Below are positions 50,647 through 61,751 of a stretch of 64,000 bases of DNA, piece by piece; the stretch's first letter is position 1; each line of letters starts with the position of its first letter. The notes under the pieces are model-generated. The model made no database searches. It was not told the origin of the DNA and saw only the letters and a list, made by a program, of their open reading frames with translations. This stretch comes from Trypanosoma brucei (taxonomy: Eukaryota): positions 768,001 through 832,000 of the forward strand of contig CP000067.1 of NCBI GenBank assembly GCA_000002445.1, given 5' to 3'. The position numbers and the translations under genes were made by a program.

Positions 50647-51906
50647 ATGAGTGGCGTGGAACCCGAACCACGGGCCCGCACGGATTTGGCCTCTATGCTG
50701 AAGGAGGCGCAGTCGGCCATACTCCGTCTCGTCAAGGAGGCACCAGAGCTACGCGACGCAACCATAGAGCCATCGCAATATGAATGGGCTTGTCAGCGCA
50801 TGGAAAAGGCGTACGGTAGTATCTTAAAGATTCAGGCGCCGATGGTGCGTTGCAGCCGTCCTGCATTCCGCAAGCTCTGTAGGTTGTGGGGAACGGATAT
50901 CAGCTACACACACATGATCATGGCGGATAGTTTCGCTTGTTCGGAGGCTGCGCGTCAGGCCGAGTTCTCCATTTATTCCGGTGAAACTCGCCTCATCACA
51001 CAGCTTGCATCTTCCAGCGGACCCACGGCTGCAACGGCGGCGGCCATAGTGGCCCCTTGGTGCGACGCCATTGATCTCAACTGTGGTTGTCCGCAACGAC
51101 GTGTTATGGCGGATGGGCTCGGTGCAGCACTTCTGAGAAACCCGGAAGTTGTGGCAGATACCGTAAGATGCGTAAGAAACGCGCTTGAGGGCGGTGTGGA
51201 GTTGCCGTGCGTGGTGAAAATGCGGGTGAAGGACGATGTGCGACTTAGCGTCGACTTCGCGCGGCAGTGTGAGGCGGCCGGTGCGGCATGGATTACTGTC
51301 CACGGGCGGACCCCAAATTGCAGTGCACACGCACCCGTCAGATTTGACGCAATCAACACGATTCGTGAGGCACTTGGCGTCCCTGTTGTTGCAAATGGTG
51401 GCGTGCGAGATCCGAGCACGGCGCTTCAGGCTGCCTTAACAGCTGGTGTAGGCGGAGTGATGAGCGGAATGGGACTGCTGGCGAATCCTGCGTGCTTTTA
51501 CGTGCCTGGGGCTGACGAAAAGTTCCACTTTGAGCCGCAGCACATCGCATACGGAACAGGGTCGTGCCCTTGGGAAAGTGGTTCTGAAGTGAGGGAGGAA
51601 CACATTGACGCGCGAAAGAGATGCTTGTCCACAGGACACTCTGGTGGTGAGAGAGATGCAAAAACCGTATGGCCGAAAGGGTTCTCTCACTGTCCTCTAG
51701 AAGTTTTGTCAGACTTCATTCGTCTGAGTTGCGTTACTGACCTCGGGTCTAAGGCAACCTCGATGCATCTGCTGAAGATGGGCGGCAATTATTTGAGTCC
51801 TGTGGAACGAACCTTCATTGCAGAAATGCACTCCTCCTTCTCCGTTATAGCGGCTTTCCAGCAGTTGGGTCTTTACGTGCGGGAGGGAAGGTTTCAGGTG
51901 GAATAA
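50647..51906 (+). CDS. tRNA-dihydrouridine synthase, DUS4-like, with a C-terminal extension
   Basis: The ORF-track start at 50527 is alternative; the first ATG at 50647 (MSGVEPEP...). Dus motifs match DUS4L closely (from memory): APMVRCSRPAFRKLCRLWGTDISYTHMIMADSF; IDLNCGCPQRRVMADGLGAALLRNPEVVADTVRCVRNALE; ITVHGRT; PVVANGGVR; GVMSGMGLLANPACF. Confidence 0.85.
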   Translation: MSGVEPEPRARTDLASMLKEAQSAILRLVKEAPELRDATIEPSQYEWACQRMEKAYGSILKIQAPMVRCSRPAFRKLCRLWGTDISYTHMIMADSFACSEAARQAEFSIYSGETRLITQLASSSGPTAATAAAIVAPWCDAIDLNCGCPQRRVMADGLGAALLRNPEVVADTVRCVRNALEGGVELPCVVKMRVKDDVRLSVDFARQCEAAGAAWITVHGRTPNCSAHAPVRFDAINTIREALGVPVVANGGVRDPSTALQAALTAGVGGVMSGMGLLANPACFYVPGADEKFHFEPQHIAYGTGSCPWESGSEVREEHIDARKRCLSTGHSGGERDAKTVWPKGFSHCPLEVLSDFIRLSCVTDLGSKATSMHLLKMGGNYLSPVERTFIAEMHSSFSVIAAFQQLGLYVREGRFQVE

Positions 51907-52473
51907 AGTATCCCCACGAAGCGATGCGTTAGGATGCTCACCATGCACACACGCAGTAACGATCACCGTTTCTATATGCAAGATATATCCACAAGCGCAC
52001 ACTACCCCCTTTCCACTTCTCACTTGTTTTTTCTTGTCACTGGTATGCGTAACAAGACACTCAACCCACTTGATTTAACCACTAATTCGTACTCTTGACT
52101 AGTGTTGCGGAGAATACGAACAAAACCCGGTGACTGTCACTTTCTTTCCTTAATTCTCCTCTTTTCTTTTCCCCCAACCCCGACACTGCTGTCGTGTCTA
52201 CTTTCGATCGTTGCTTATACGGTTACGATCCATTTTAAGTGGTCGGAAGCGGGGCGGCCATTGCTCGTAGAATTGGAAGCAATATTCCTATCGTGCATAC
52301 TCGCTTCAGTATACGTATTTATATATACACCACGCAGGTGCCCTTGAGTACCCTGTTGGTGCACCGCAGGAAACGCAAAGGAAACACGAACGCGTATATA
52401 CAACATACGCAGTTACGCAACAAAATAGAGGAGATTTTAGAGTTTAGAACAATAATTAGTGGTGGCATAAAAC

Positions 52474-55275
52474 ATGGAAATTGAAGGGCATGAGACCGAA
52501 GCCATGCCAACGGCTACCAAATATGACCCGACGGAATGTGGAAGAACCGAAGGGTCCCATATTACTCAAATTAACGTGACTGTACAAGGAAGAGGAAGAC
52601 CTCCAACAGTGCCCGAGGGTGCCAGCGTTGAAAAACCGAAGTCTATCCTAAAAAACACGACTGGAACCTCGACTACAAGTGCTGAGGCTTCCCGCAAGCG
52701 GACCGTGAGGTTTGGCGGGTCCGACACGTTTGAAGCTGCACCGTACTTCAGCACACCAGAGAGCAATAGTGAGGAAGGCTCTGTTGATTCTCGGGGGGGC
52801 GGTGACAACATAGGCGCGGCCGCTGCACCAAGGGCTGGAAAGGAGCGCCACGATGACGACGACGATCAACTTGAGACAGGTAGCAACACGAGCGAGCCAA
52901 CAAGTCCGCGACTCGGAGCGATAGGTTGGGTGCCATTAGCAGTACAGCGCCCCCCAGCTGGTGAGCATCGGAAGGGCAAACAAGGGAATAAACCCACAGA
53001 AGGCAAACGAAACGAAATGGCTTCCTGGGAAATGCCTTCGACGCATCAGGGTGGAAAAGGGAAAGGTGAGGGCTCACTTCTTGACGTGAGCGTCAGTGAA
53101 TCGACGCTGTCGCCTGGTAGTGAGAAGTCTCTGATTGCAGCCGCAGATGACGAAAATAACATAGAAAAGCACCGAAAAGACGTTAAAGCAGTTGACTTGG
53201 TGGCAAAATCCAGAACGAGTGGGAAGCCACCCAGAGGGGAAGTGCTCACCGTTACCGGTCTTTCACTAGATAAAATACCCATACAAGAGAGTCGTGGTAC
53301 TGATTATAAGGAAAACTCAACGGACGATCTTCCGAGGTTGTTCTACCCCACACCGAGACCTCAGAAGGACTTCAACAACGCGGAGGAAGAAAAACCCCCG
53401 CTGCGGCACCGTGACTCGCACACCGACGGGGACGACGGAGATAAGCCTGGTACCGTGTCTGCTGAACTCTTAGACCACTTGCAGCGAAAGTCCGGGGTCG
53501 GCGATCTGCTAAATCCTGAAGGTGGCGTTGACCCGCAGCACTTGATGTTTGATGATAACCTCGCTCCCCCTGCGCGGAGGAAAGGAAGTGTTGCCTCGCA
53601 TACAAATCACGACGACTACGACCGTCTTATTCATCCCTCTATCCGGTTGTTCCCAGACCTTCCGCCGCCTATCGCAGCAAGTGACTCTGAGCCATCGGTG
53701 ATTGTAGAAGTGATGGCCATAGAACAAGCAAATGCTGACAATGCGGAAGTAGGAATATCAAGAAGCGGCAACCATCAGCAAGCCGGTTGGATGTCCTCTT
53801 CGGTCAAAGCCACATTCGAAGGGCCCAACACAATTTCACCCATAGGAACGGGGTACGTGTTCAATTCATCTGGGGCTGGAGTTGATACCTGCGTCAGCAA
53901 CACAGAGAATGGTTGGAGTGCCGTTTTAAATGCTACACCTCTCAAGATAGGCGGCGGCTCAAAGAATGTGGTCCACCGTAAAAATAGCAATACGGGGTTT
54001 GATTTGAAATCAGACTTCCTCATGTCAAGTGTGCAAACAGAGTCGGAAACAATACGCGGTGAACACCGCCCAAATGTAGCAAAGCCGGTGGATGTGCAGA
54101 CTGTCAGTTGTGCTACGGAAATGTGGCGGGAAGTTCTTAACAATGATGAGGAGTACACGATGCAATCCAGCAAGGCAGGCAGGTACCTCCCAGGGGACTT
54201 CTTCGAGGGTGTGCAAGCAAGCATGGGCAACGACGCTACAAACAAAGGCATACGAAAGGGGAGCGCATCCAAATCCGCATCGTTACTTCCAATCAGGGGA
54301 ATGGAAATCGTTCGACCAACCAAACCGCAAGGGGAAAGCACTCGCAAAACCAGTGTCTACCGCAAGAGCCGCTCGGTAGAGCGTCGTAAAACGGAAAAAG
54401 AGCAGCCGAAGGTACTGGCGGTGGAGGTGGTGGCGGGGGCCGAGTCACGCAGCGCCCTGGATGAATCTACCAACCCCAGGGAACCGCAAGCAGCGGCGCG
54501 GGCCACGACGTCCAGCAAAGAGAGGTCCCTTTGTGTGGTGCAACCATGTGGGGGAAAGGTAAGTGCAAGTGAACTAAGTGCACTGGCTTCCACGCAGCTG
54601 ATGTCCAAGGACACCTCGTTGAGCGAAGACTGCGCGAGCAGGTTGCGGAAGAAGTGGGGAGTAACGCCGAAGAAGGCAGAAAAAGAGGATGATGAAGAAG
54701 AGAGGATACGTCGGGCAGAACGTTTTGAGAGGATCAACCTCGCGTTGCTAAAGCTAGAAGTCTGCAGAAAGAACAATCATTCATCTCATGACACAAGGGG
54801 GTGGGCGTCACCAACAAGCGACTTGGACTCACGGTACGAAACCAAACCCTGGACTCAGGCATATTCCCCCTCTGGTGCCACCACCGACACCCTTGACAAC
54901 GGTTACACTTCATCGATTGATCCCCCACGCTCAAAGTATTGGGACAGGGAAATGGCCGGAGGCACTTCTAAGAGGCATAACTCAAGACCGAGATCACTGT
55001 TTCCGCCGCCGCACTCACCCGTCAAAACCTCAGCTGATCCACCGGTGGACGGCCTCATTTACACACCAGCGAAAACTGCATCGGCACGCAGCGCTTCCTG
55101 GATGTTTGAAAGGAGTCCTGATGAGGATAGGTACAACTCGTACTTCATGGACGCAAACTCACGGCTGCAGGAACTCCGTGTATGTGATTCAATGGCGGCG
55201 AAAAACTTTGCACGTGATCTCTCGTCGCTAGCATCCGCTGTACGGGGCAGTGAACTATTTAGCATGATATCGTGA
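52474..55275 (+). CDS. hypothetical protein (933 aa), Ser/Thr/Pro/Gly/Glu-rich and largely low-complexity
   Basis: ATG at 52474 opens a long plus-strand ORF. The composition looks disordered, and I recognised no domain. Confidence 0.55.
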   Translation: MEIEGHETEAMPTATKYDPTECGRTEGSHITQINVTVQGRGRPPTVPEGASVEKPKSILKNTTGTSTTSAEASRKRTVRFGGSDTFEAAPYFSTPESNSEEGSVDSRGGGDNIGAAAAPRAGKERHDDDDDQLETGSNTSEPTSPRLGAIGWVPLAVQRPPAGEHRKGKQGNKPTEGKRNEMASWEMPSTHQGGKGKGEGSLLDVSVSESTLSPGSEKSLIAAADDENNIEKHRKDVKAVDLVAKSRTSGKPPRGEVLTVTGLSLDKIPIQESRGTDYKENSTDDLPRLFYPTPRPQKDFNNAEEEKPPLRHRDSHTDGDDGDKPGTVSAELLDHLQRKSGVGDLLNPEGGVDPQHLMFDDNLAPPARRKGSVASHTNHDDYDRLIHPSIRLFPDLPPPIAASDSEPSVIVEVMAIEQANADNAEVGISRSGNHQQAGWMSSSVKATFEGPNTISPIGTGYVFNSSGAGVDTCVSNTENGWSAVLNATPLKIGGGSKNVVHRKNSNTGFDLKSDFLMSSVQTESETIRGEHRPNVAKPVDVQTVSCATEMWREVLNNDEEYTMQSSKAGRYLPGDFFEGVQASMGNDATNKGIRKGSASKSASLLPIRGMEIVRPTKPQGESTRKTSVYRKSRSVERRKTEKEQPKVLAVEVVAGAESRSALDESTNPREPQAAARATTSSKERSLCVVQPCGGKVSASELSALASTQLMSKDTSLSEDCASRLRKKWGVTPKKAEKEDDEEERIRRAERFERINLALLKLEVCRKNNHSSHDTRGWASPTSDLDSRYETKPWTQAYSPSGATTDTLDNGYTSSIDPPRSKYWDREMAGGTSKRHNSRPRSLFPPPHSPVKTSADPPVDGLIYTPAKTASARSASWMFERSPDEDRYNSYFMDANSRLQELRVCDSMAAKNFARDLSSLASAVRGSELFSMIS

Positions 55276-56025
55276 GGACACTATGGCGAATAAATCAAAA
55301 ATGTGAGGAAATGAACGGTTTATAGCGGAGTCGAATGCACTTCTGCTGTGCATGGCCTTAGGCTCTTTCTCTGCATGATCCAAATCTTCGTCTGTCCCTT
55401 ACTTGTGTGCGATTTCTGTCAGTGGAGTATTGTTTTTGATTTAAGTGCTTGGTCGTTGTTGTTTTTTTCTCCTTCTTGTTCCTTTAGTTGTCATGTATGG
55501 CTCACAGACGCCATTCACACGCTGTTCGGCAAATTTTCATTTTGTAACCCGACAAATCGGTTGTAACCGGAGAGAGATGTCGTGAAAAGTGGGAAAGGAG
55601 AGGGTATCTATACATAAGCATATATAGAAATGAAGTAAGAGAGAGGCCTCGAACCGAATATGTGAAATTGACAAAACACTTATGGTGAGCACTTCGCGTC
55701 ACGCAAACAGCATGGAAATGGAGCGATATCTCATAGACAGTGACCGAGAAAGTATGGTGGCCAGCGCGGTACGATGTGAAACGCAGCTGTGTGCATGGCC
55801 CTGTACATGTTAGTTAATCACTTCTTCTGTCCCGTCTCCCCCCCCCCCCGTACACACACAGTAGCGGCTTAGCCCTAACAATTTACGAATAGAACCGTAC
55901 TTGTATTGAAACACGGCGAGTCCCCGTTTTTGCTCGCTTTTTTTTTTTTTGGTGGACTTAAACCGCATTTTTCCCTCTTCCTCACTTGTGTTGCACTGCC
56001 CTTGCTTTTGCTCAAACACGTGTGT

Positions 56026-56060
56026 ACGCATATACGTATATATATATATATATATATATG
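56026..56060. repeat. TA/TG-rich microsatellite
   Basis: gtgtgtacgcatatacgtatatatatatatatatatatatg, intergenic upstream of SPEF1. Confidence 0.8.
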
Positions 56061-56257
56061 GTAGAGGAATGAATCTCTGACAGACTCATGCGTTTGCTCA
56101 CTCACCTTCATGCCTCCTTCTTTCCTGAACTTACCTCAGTCTTTTAGAATCGAGTAGCATCTGAACACGGCGCGGTGTCACGGGGCCCGCCCTTTGCACA
56201 CGCACACGCAACGCCCCCATACGGCTCCGGCTTTAATACCTTACACCATTGTCTTAC

Positions 56258-57085
56258 ATGTCGGTTCCACTCACAGAGGAGGATCTGCATGACTTGTATG
56301 TGTGGGTTGATGAAATACCCATTTCCCGCCCCAAGCGGAATATTACCCGCGACTTCAGCGATGGTTGCTGCGTGGCTGAAGTCATGAAGTTCTTCTTCCC
56401 AAAGCTTGTCGAACTGCATAACTACGTGCCTGCTATGTCACAGTCAAAGAAAATAGAGAACTGGAATACCCTCAACAACCGAGTGTTTCGCAAACTCCAC
56501 TTTGAGGTGGCGCGGGATGAAATCAGCGACATCACAGCGGGGGTCCCAGGCGCCATTGAGCGGTTCCTCCGTGCATTGCGAACAAAGATTTCTGAGATCA
56601 AAGCCCGCCGTGAGGAATTGGCAGCTGCGGAGGCGCTGACAGGCGTGCCAGGAACGGGGCTCTCCCCTTCACGGTTTCGTTATGGTGCACGGCATGCGGA
56701 CAGAGCTGGCACGGCGGGATCCACCTTGTCTGCGCATGATCGTAATGTAGAAAATGAAGCGGAACGAGGACAGCGCGGGGGCAGCAAGGTAGGAGTCACA
56801 TCCGGTTACGCGAACACGCAAGGACGCTCTAACGCTGCCCCAAACGTGAAAAGTGGATTTGACCAGCGGAACGGGTCAGCCAGAACGAGTGGTAGTGTGG
56901 ACGACGGTATTGACAGCAGGACAGCTGCCAGCCTCCGTCAGTTATTTGATGAAAAGGACCGAACTATAGCTGAGCTCCGTGAGACTGTTGGCCTGCTCAG
57001 TGAGAAGGTGATGAAGCTAGAAGAACTCGTTCGCTTGAAGGACAATAAGCTGCATGACTATAGGAGCACATTTGGTCACATGTGA
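56258..57085 (+). CDS. SPEF1: SPEF1 / CLAMP-like calponin-homology (DUF1042 CH-like) microtubule-associated protein
   Basis: The ORF-track start at 56249 is a TTG; the ATG is at 56258. The N-terminus LHDLYVWVDEIPISRPKRNITRDFSDGCCVAEVMKFFFPKLVELHNYVPAMSQSKKIENWNTLNNRVFRKLHFEV aligns almost residue for residue with human SPEF1 (LHQLYLWVDNIPLSRPKRNLSRDFSDGVLVAEVIKFYFPKMVEMHNYVPANS...), which I recall from memory. A C-terminal coiled coil is present. Confidence 0.85.
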   Translation: MSVPLTEEDLHDLYVWVDEIPISRPKRNITRDFSDGCCVAEVMKFFFPKLVELHNYVPAMSQSKKIENWNTLNNRVFRKLHFEVARDEISDITAGVPGAIERFLRALRTKISEIKARREELAAAEALTGVPGTGLSPSRFRYGARHADRAGTAGSTLSAHDRNVENEAERGQRGGSKVGVTSGYANTQGRSNAAPNVKSGFDQRNGSARTSGSVDDGIDSRTAASLRQLFDEKDRTIAELRETVGLLSEKVMKLEELVRLKDNKLHDYRSTFGHM

Positions 57086-57952
57086 CTATGACGATGATGA
57101 CTTTGATTTATATACGGGAGGCGACAAGAAGGAAAGTGAATAGAATTAAAGGAACATGAAACAGGGGAATAGAATGGGTGGTTTAAAGGCAGATATGAGA
57201 GGAAGAATGACGGTGTGAACGACAGCGGCAGATTGGCTTGTGCTGCTTCACCCTTCTCCCTCTTGAGAGTACCTCTTCCAAGGGTAATTGGGCTGACAAG
57301 TGGCGGTGAGCTGGAGTGTGACAATGAAGGAGACGTACGCGCGCTGGGCCCACCGCAGTACGTACGAATCTTTTAGGCTGTACTTGATTTGCTTGTGTGG
57401 TATTATAAACTTGGGCGTGTGAATTACGTTCGCTTGCCCTCCAAAGAAACCCCTAACGCGCATCTGAAACGAAAAGTTTCACCATATATGTGGACGCAGC
57501 TTTAGACTGTGCTTCGTTGATGTGACGCGCAGCCCTATGCGTGTGCGTTTTCAGCGCGCACACACGGTTCCATCTGCCTGTTCCCCATTGCGATACCACT
57601 TTCGTGCCTGTCTAATCGCGCGATGACAAACTCTGAATGCCTCTTCTTTTCCCTACTCTTGCGTCCCTTCTCGTGCGTGAAGCCTCCTTTTACAGTCAAC
57701 TCTTTCTTAAAGGTACGATCCCGCCTCGATTCCAACTTCCCGTAGCCAGCTAGCGAGCCAGCAGTAGAGAAGACAGGAAGCGGTCATAGGGAGGGGGAAG
57801 TCTTGGAGAGTGTGTATTATTATTTCCACAACTAAAAACAGCGTCCCTTCATCCGTTTAGGGGGTTCCTCTCACCATTTCGATACGTGCGGGTGCCAAAG
57901 CAGGAGGCCGCTAAACGGTAAACAGGATACTGGAAACTAAATATAGTCGACC

Positions 57953-59359
57953 ATGAGCGCGCGCATGCAGGTCCCGCTGTCGCAACGGCGCCACACAAAC
58001 GTTGCTGCAGTGCGATATACAAAAAATGGTCATAAGCTGGAAATTGCCTGTTACAAAAACAAGGTGATATCGTACCGTAATGGGGTTGAAACGCGGTTAG
58101 ATGAAGTTCTTCAGATCGACCGCGTTTTTACCAATATTTCACGTGGTCTCTTCGCTTCTGAAAAAGATATCCAAGCGGTGTTTGGCAAAGGAACCACGGA
58201 AGAGGATGCACTCAAGTACATCCTCGTCCATGGCGAACTTCAGGTGGCGCAACACGAACGTGAAGTTGAAGTGAATCAAATGTTCACAGATATAGCACTG
58301 ATCATATCGCAGAAGTGCGTGAATGAAGTTACACAGCGGCCCTTCCCCGCACAGGTCATTGAGCAGGCTCTGCGCTCCATAGGTGCCGCAGTGAGGTTGG
58401 ATCAACCGGCGAAAAAACAAGCACTTGCGCTCATTCATAGGCTTATGGACGCACAGATCATACCGATCGCACGAGCTCCAATGAAACTCCGGTGCACAAC
58501 AGTGGACGAGCAATCTCTGAAGAAGGTGACGGAATGGTGTGAAAGCAATAGAGCGACCATACTTGAGGAACCGGGGGAGACCTGCCAAGATGAAACGGTT
58601 CATGGAGCGGGGAAATATTCTCTGCTCATCCTCTTACAGCCACATCTTTTTCGAGATCTTGAAATTTTTGTCAAGGACGAGTTACCACATGGTGCGACGG
58701 TGCACATGATAGACAGTGTGGCGATGGATGTAGGTGAAGTGGATGTGATGGATGCAGATTTGATAGCTCGGGCTAACGCTCACACGAACGCTGCTGATAA
58801 GTCGGTAGGTGGCGGAGGCGGTAGCCATCAAACCGGTAGCAGCAGTAATCCCACACAATGTCTGAACAACAACAACAAAGGAGGAAAGAAAGGGGGAAAG
58901 AGTGGCCGGAAGCAGAAGAACGCAAAATATTCACTCCAGAAGAATGATGACACACCACAGGAAGAACAAGGCACGCCACTCACAGCTGATTTGTCATCGA
59001 CAGGGCCGGGGGTTGTGGATGATAAGGAGATCTCCGATGTGAAGACGGCGCTAAGCAAACTGGGTCTTGATAATCCTTGCGCGCTGGATGACCACGACGA
59101 TGACGACAAGAACAAACGGGGGAAAAAGAAAGCCAAACGGCGCCAGGGAGCTCAGCAGCAGTCACAACAACCCGCATCATCAAAGAAGGAGGTTGAGGTG
59201 GAGGCCCAGGAGGATAGTGACGAAGAGGTTCTAGTTAACCGCAAGCAGCGCAAAATGGCCGCAGTTAAGGCTAAAGACATAAGCAATAATCACGACTGCG
59301 ACTTCGATGACGAGTACAACTATGAGTACGATATGGAGGAAGGGGTAGGAGAGGAGTGA
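57953..59359 (+). CDS. SBDS: SBDS (Shwachman-Bodian-Diamond / Sdo1) ribosome-maturation factor with a long low-complexity C-terminal extension
   Basis: ATG at 57953. The N-terminal FYSH domain is read directly: [67 protein letters not shown]...[38 protein letters not shown], matching human SBDS [58 protein letters not shown]... The tail is Gly/Lys-rich then Asp/Glu-rich ([15 protein letters not shown]...[20 protein letters not shown]...). Confidence 0.9.
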   Translation: [468 protein letters not shown]

Positions 59360-59780
59360 AACCCACAGATGCGCCGAAACGCCACGGATGGATGTGAAGA
59401 GCAGGTAGTACGGCCACTTGGTTTAGTGCCGTACGTCAACCCACGCTCCCCACTTCAGCTGGAGGGGATATGAAAACAAAAAGTAACGTGAAATTAAATA
59501 ATGACAAGTTTTTTTTACAACCTCCGTAAGAACACACACATACTCCTCTGTCTCAGCTAGTTAGCGTTTTTCTTCTAATATATATGCTGGTGTTAATGAA
59601 GTGTCTCCTTGCTACTTTTGTTTTTGCCACTAGGCCCCTGCTTGTCTTTTGCAGCAGTGGGTGCGCGTGACCAACACGATTTCACATAAGCGGCAGTAAA
59701 ATCTTAATAGTAGCAGCTTGCACGGACACACTAAGAAAGGTCATCGTTAACCTGATAAGCACATCGCCACGTACACACGA

Positions 59781-59806
59781 ATATATATATATATATATAT
59801 ATATAG
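59781..59806. repeat. (TA)13 microsatellite
   Basis: atatatatatatatatatatatatat, upstream of gene 59846. Confidence 0.85.
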
Positions 59807-59845
59807 CGAGATATTCAAATAGTTCCTTTTCTTCGCTGCGATAAG

Positions 59846-60877
59846 ATGTGGAACGCATTTAGCGGGTTTCAGCCACCAAAATTGAGGGATGGTAACGGTG
59901 GCTGGGGAAGTGGTAGGCCTTACAGGCCAATGAGGGTGGGAGGGCAGCCATATCATAAGGAAAGGTTTGGGGCCCCCTCTTACCCTCAAACCCAAGGCGG
60001 TTACCAGCATCATGGGAATTTGGACCCCATGAACCGCTCTTACAGTCGTCATACGCCGCAGGCAGCACACAGGATCCGCCAGCCTAATATCGATGAGCCT
60101 TTTGCATGGAAAGCGTTTATGCGAAGGAGCACTGAAGGTGCCATTTATCGTGGAACGACGCAGCTTGAGGGAAGCCAAAGGACAAAGGAAAGCGGTGAAA
60201 CTACGAGTCCCAATGGGTTGGCGCGGCACATTGATGGTGAAGCTTGGAATGCTTATTGGGGCGAGTACTCTGACCATTTTGCGTCCCGAATTGACGACGT
60301 TCAGGAGCATTTAAGCAAGGGTGAAAGGTACAACGGCAAAAGGTGTGTACGAGTCGCCACACCCATACCGAAGGATTCACTTATGGAGTCATTCAAGAGT
60401 CGGATGATCGACTACGCACGACACTTTGGGGCAATCGAATGTGTTACTCGCGACGGCGGTGTCGTTGGGGTACAGTTCACCACCCATCGCTCTGCAGAGC
60501 TCTTCGCTGTGTGGGCTGCCTCAATGACTTTTGTGGAAATTCTCGGTGATACCGTGAAACCGGATGAAGTCAACGGTCCCGTAGAGATGGTGGTGCGGCT
60601 TGCACCACATGATCCGAATAGACTTACGACGACACTTCGACTGGGCGATAACATCGTCCTTTCAACAGCGTTTGTCGAGGGGTTGTTTAAGGGTATTTTC
60701 GATGCCGAAGACATTAAGTTTCATGCTGGTGCCTTCCAAATAACGTTTGGCTCTGTCCAGGCAGCCAAGGTGGCACTTCACTCGGTCCAGCGGCACCTTT
60801 TCGATGGCTTTGGTCTGCTACTAACGTTTTCGGAGGTGCCCTTGGGCGCGGGGCCTCTAATGCCACATGCGAAGTAG
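59846..60877 (+). CDS. hypothetical protein (343 aa), Gly/Pro/Tyr-rich N-terminus and a possible RRM-like alpha/beta region in the C-terminal half
   Basis: ATG at 59846 opens a plus-strand ORF. The segment RCVRVATPIPKDSLMESFKSRMIDYARHFGAIECVTRDGGVVGVQFTTHRSAELFAVWA loosely resembles an RNP-type fold. This is a weak, unverified impression. Confidence 0.5.
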   Translation: MWNAFSGFQPPKLRDGNGGWGSGRPYRPMRVGGQPYHKERFGAPSYPQTQGGYQHHGNLDPMNRSYSRHTPQAAHRIRQPNIDEPFAWKAFMRRSTEGAIYRGTTQLEGSQRTKESGETTSPNGLARHIDGEAWNAYWGEYSDHFASRIDDVQEHLSKGERYNGKRCVRVATPIPKDSLMESFKSRMIDYARHFGAIECVTRDGGVVGVQFTTHRSAELFAVWAASMTFVEILGDTVKPDEVNGPVEMVVRLAPHDPNRLTTTLRLGDNIVLSTAFVEGLFKGIFDAEDIKFHAGAFQITFGSVQAAKVALHSVQRHLFDGFGLLLTFSEVPLGAGPLMPHAK

Positions 60878-61751
60878 CTTTCACACGATTGCGAGCAAGC
60901 AAACACAAAGGACAAAATTAAGACGGCGTAAAATAAACGGGAAACTTTTAGTGTGAAAGGGAGGAAGGGATGTTCCAAATGATCCTGCTTGCTTCCCTCC
61001 AAGGGACAAGCATGCTCCTCAACATCACTCTTCGGGGAGCCGTGCTGCAAGCAAGCACATACGCACATTATAGTGGCGAGACAAAAACGTGGAGCGCATC
61101 GCCGGCGTCTGCTGCGGGTGGAGAACATCCAGGCGTTGGGGTCGTTACTTCTTGGTGTTTTTAGGCAGCTGTGAACCCGTTTAATGTTTTGGTTAATTAA
61201 AGGCAGGAGAACCGTTTTGAACCTGCGGGAAGTCCTGCATGCGGTGCGGTCCTGTAGGTGACAGATAATGGAAAAACGTGCACCGCAGGTCAATATACAT
61301 TTATATATACTTGTGCGTGTGTATTGGACGTCTGCCGCGCGTAAAAGCCCACATCAAACGCTGGGATGCCGCCGCGTTACCTCGATTTTCTCTTTGACTT
61401 GCTTCCACGTCCGTCTCTTTTTTTCTTTAAGTCTCTCTGCTGGTGACAGTGTTGGATAAAAATTGATGCCGAGTAGCACGGGAGGAGAAAGTGGCGAGAC
61501 AGCGTGTTTGGAGGCCTTCTTAACCAGTTCTGTCCCAGACTGCGTGCATACACACCATTGTCGCCGTCACGTCCCTCTTCTTATTTGACCAACAGTGCAT
61601 TTCGGATAATCATCATGCTTTCGTGTTAACCACTCACCCTCCACGGGAGAAAATAAGCCCGCATCGCCTCTCCTGTCGCTACTGCTGCTGCTTCAACGCC
61701 CCCTAAAGTCTATTTAGCACAACTTCTATATTGAACGCATCGTCTAGCACT

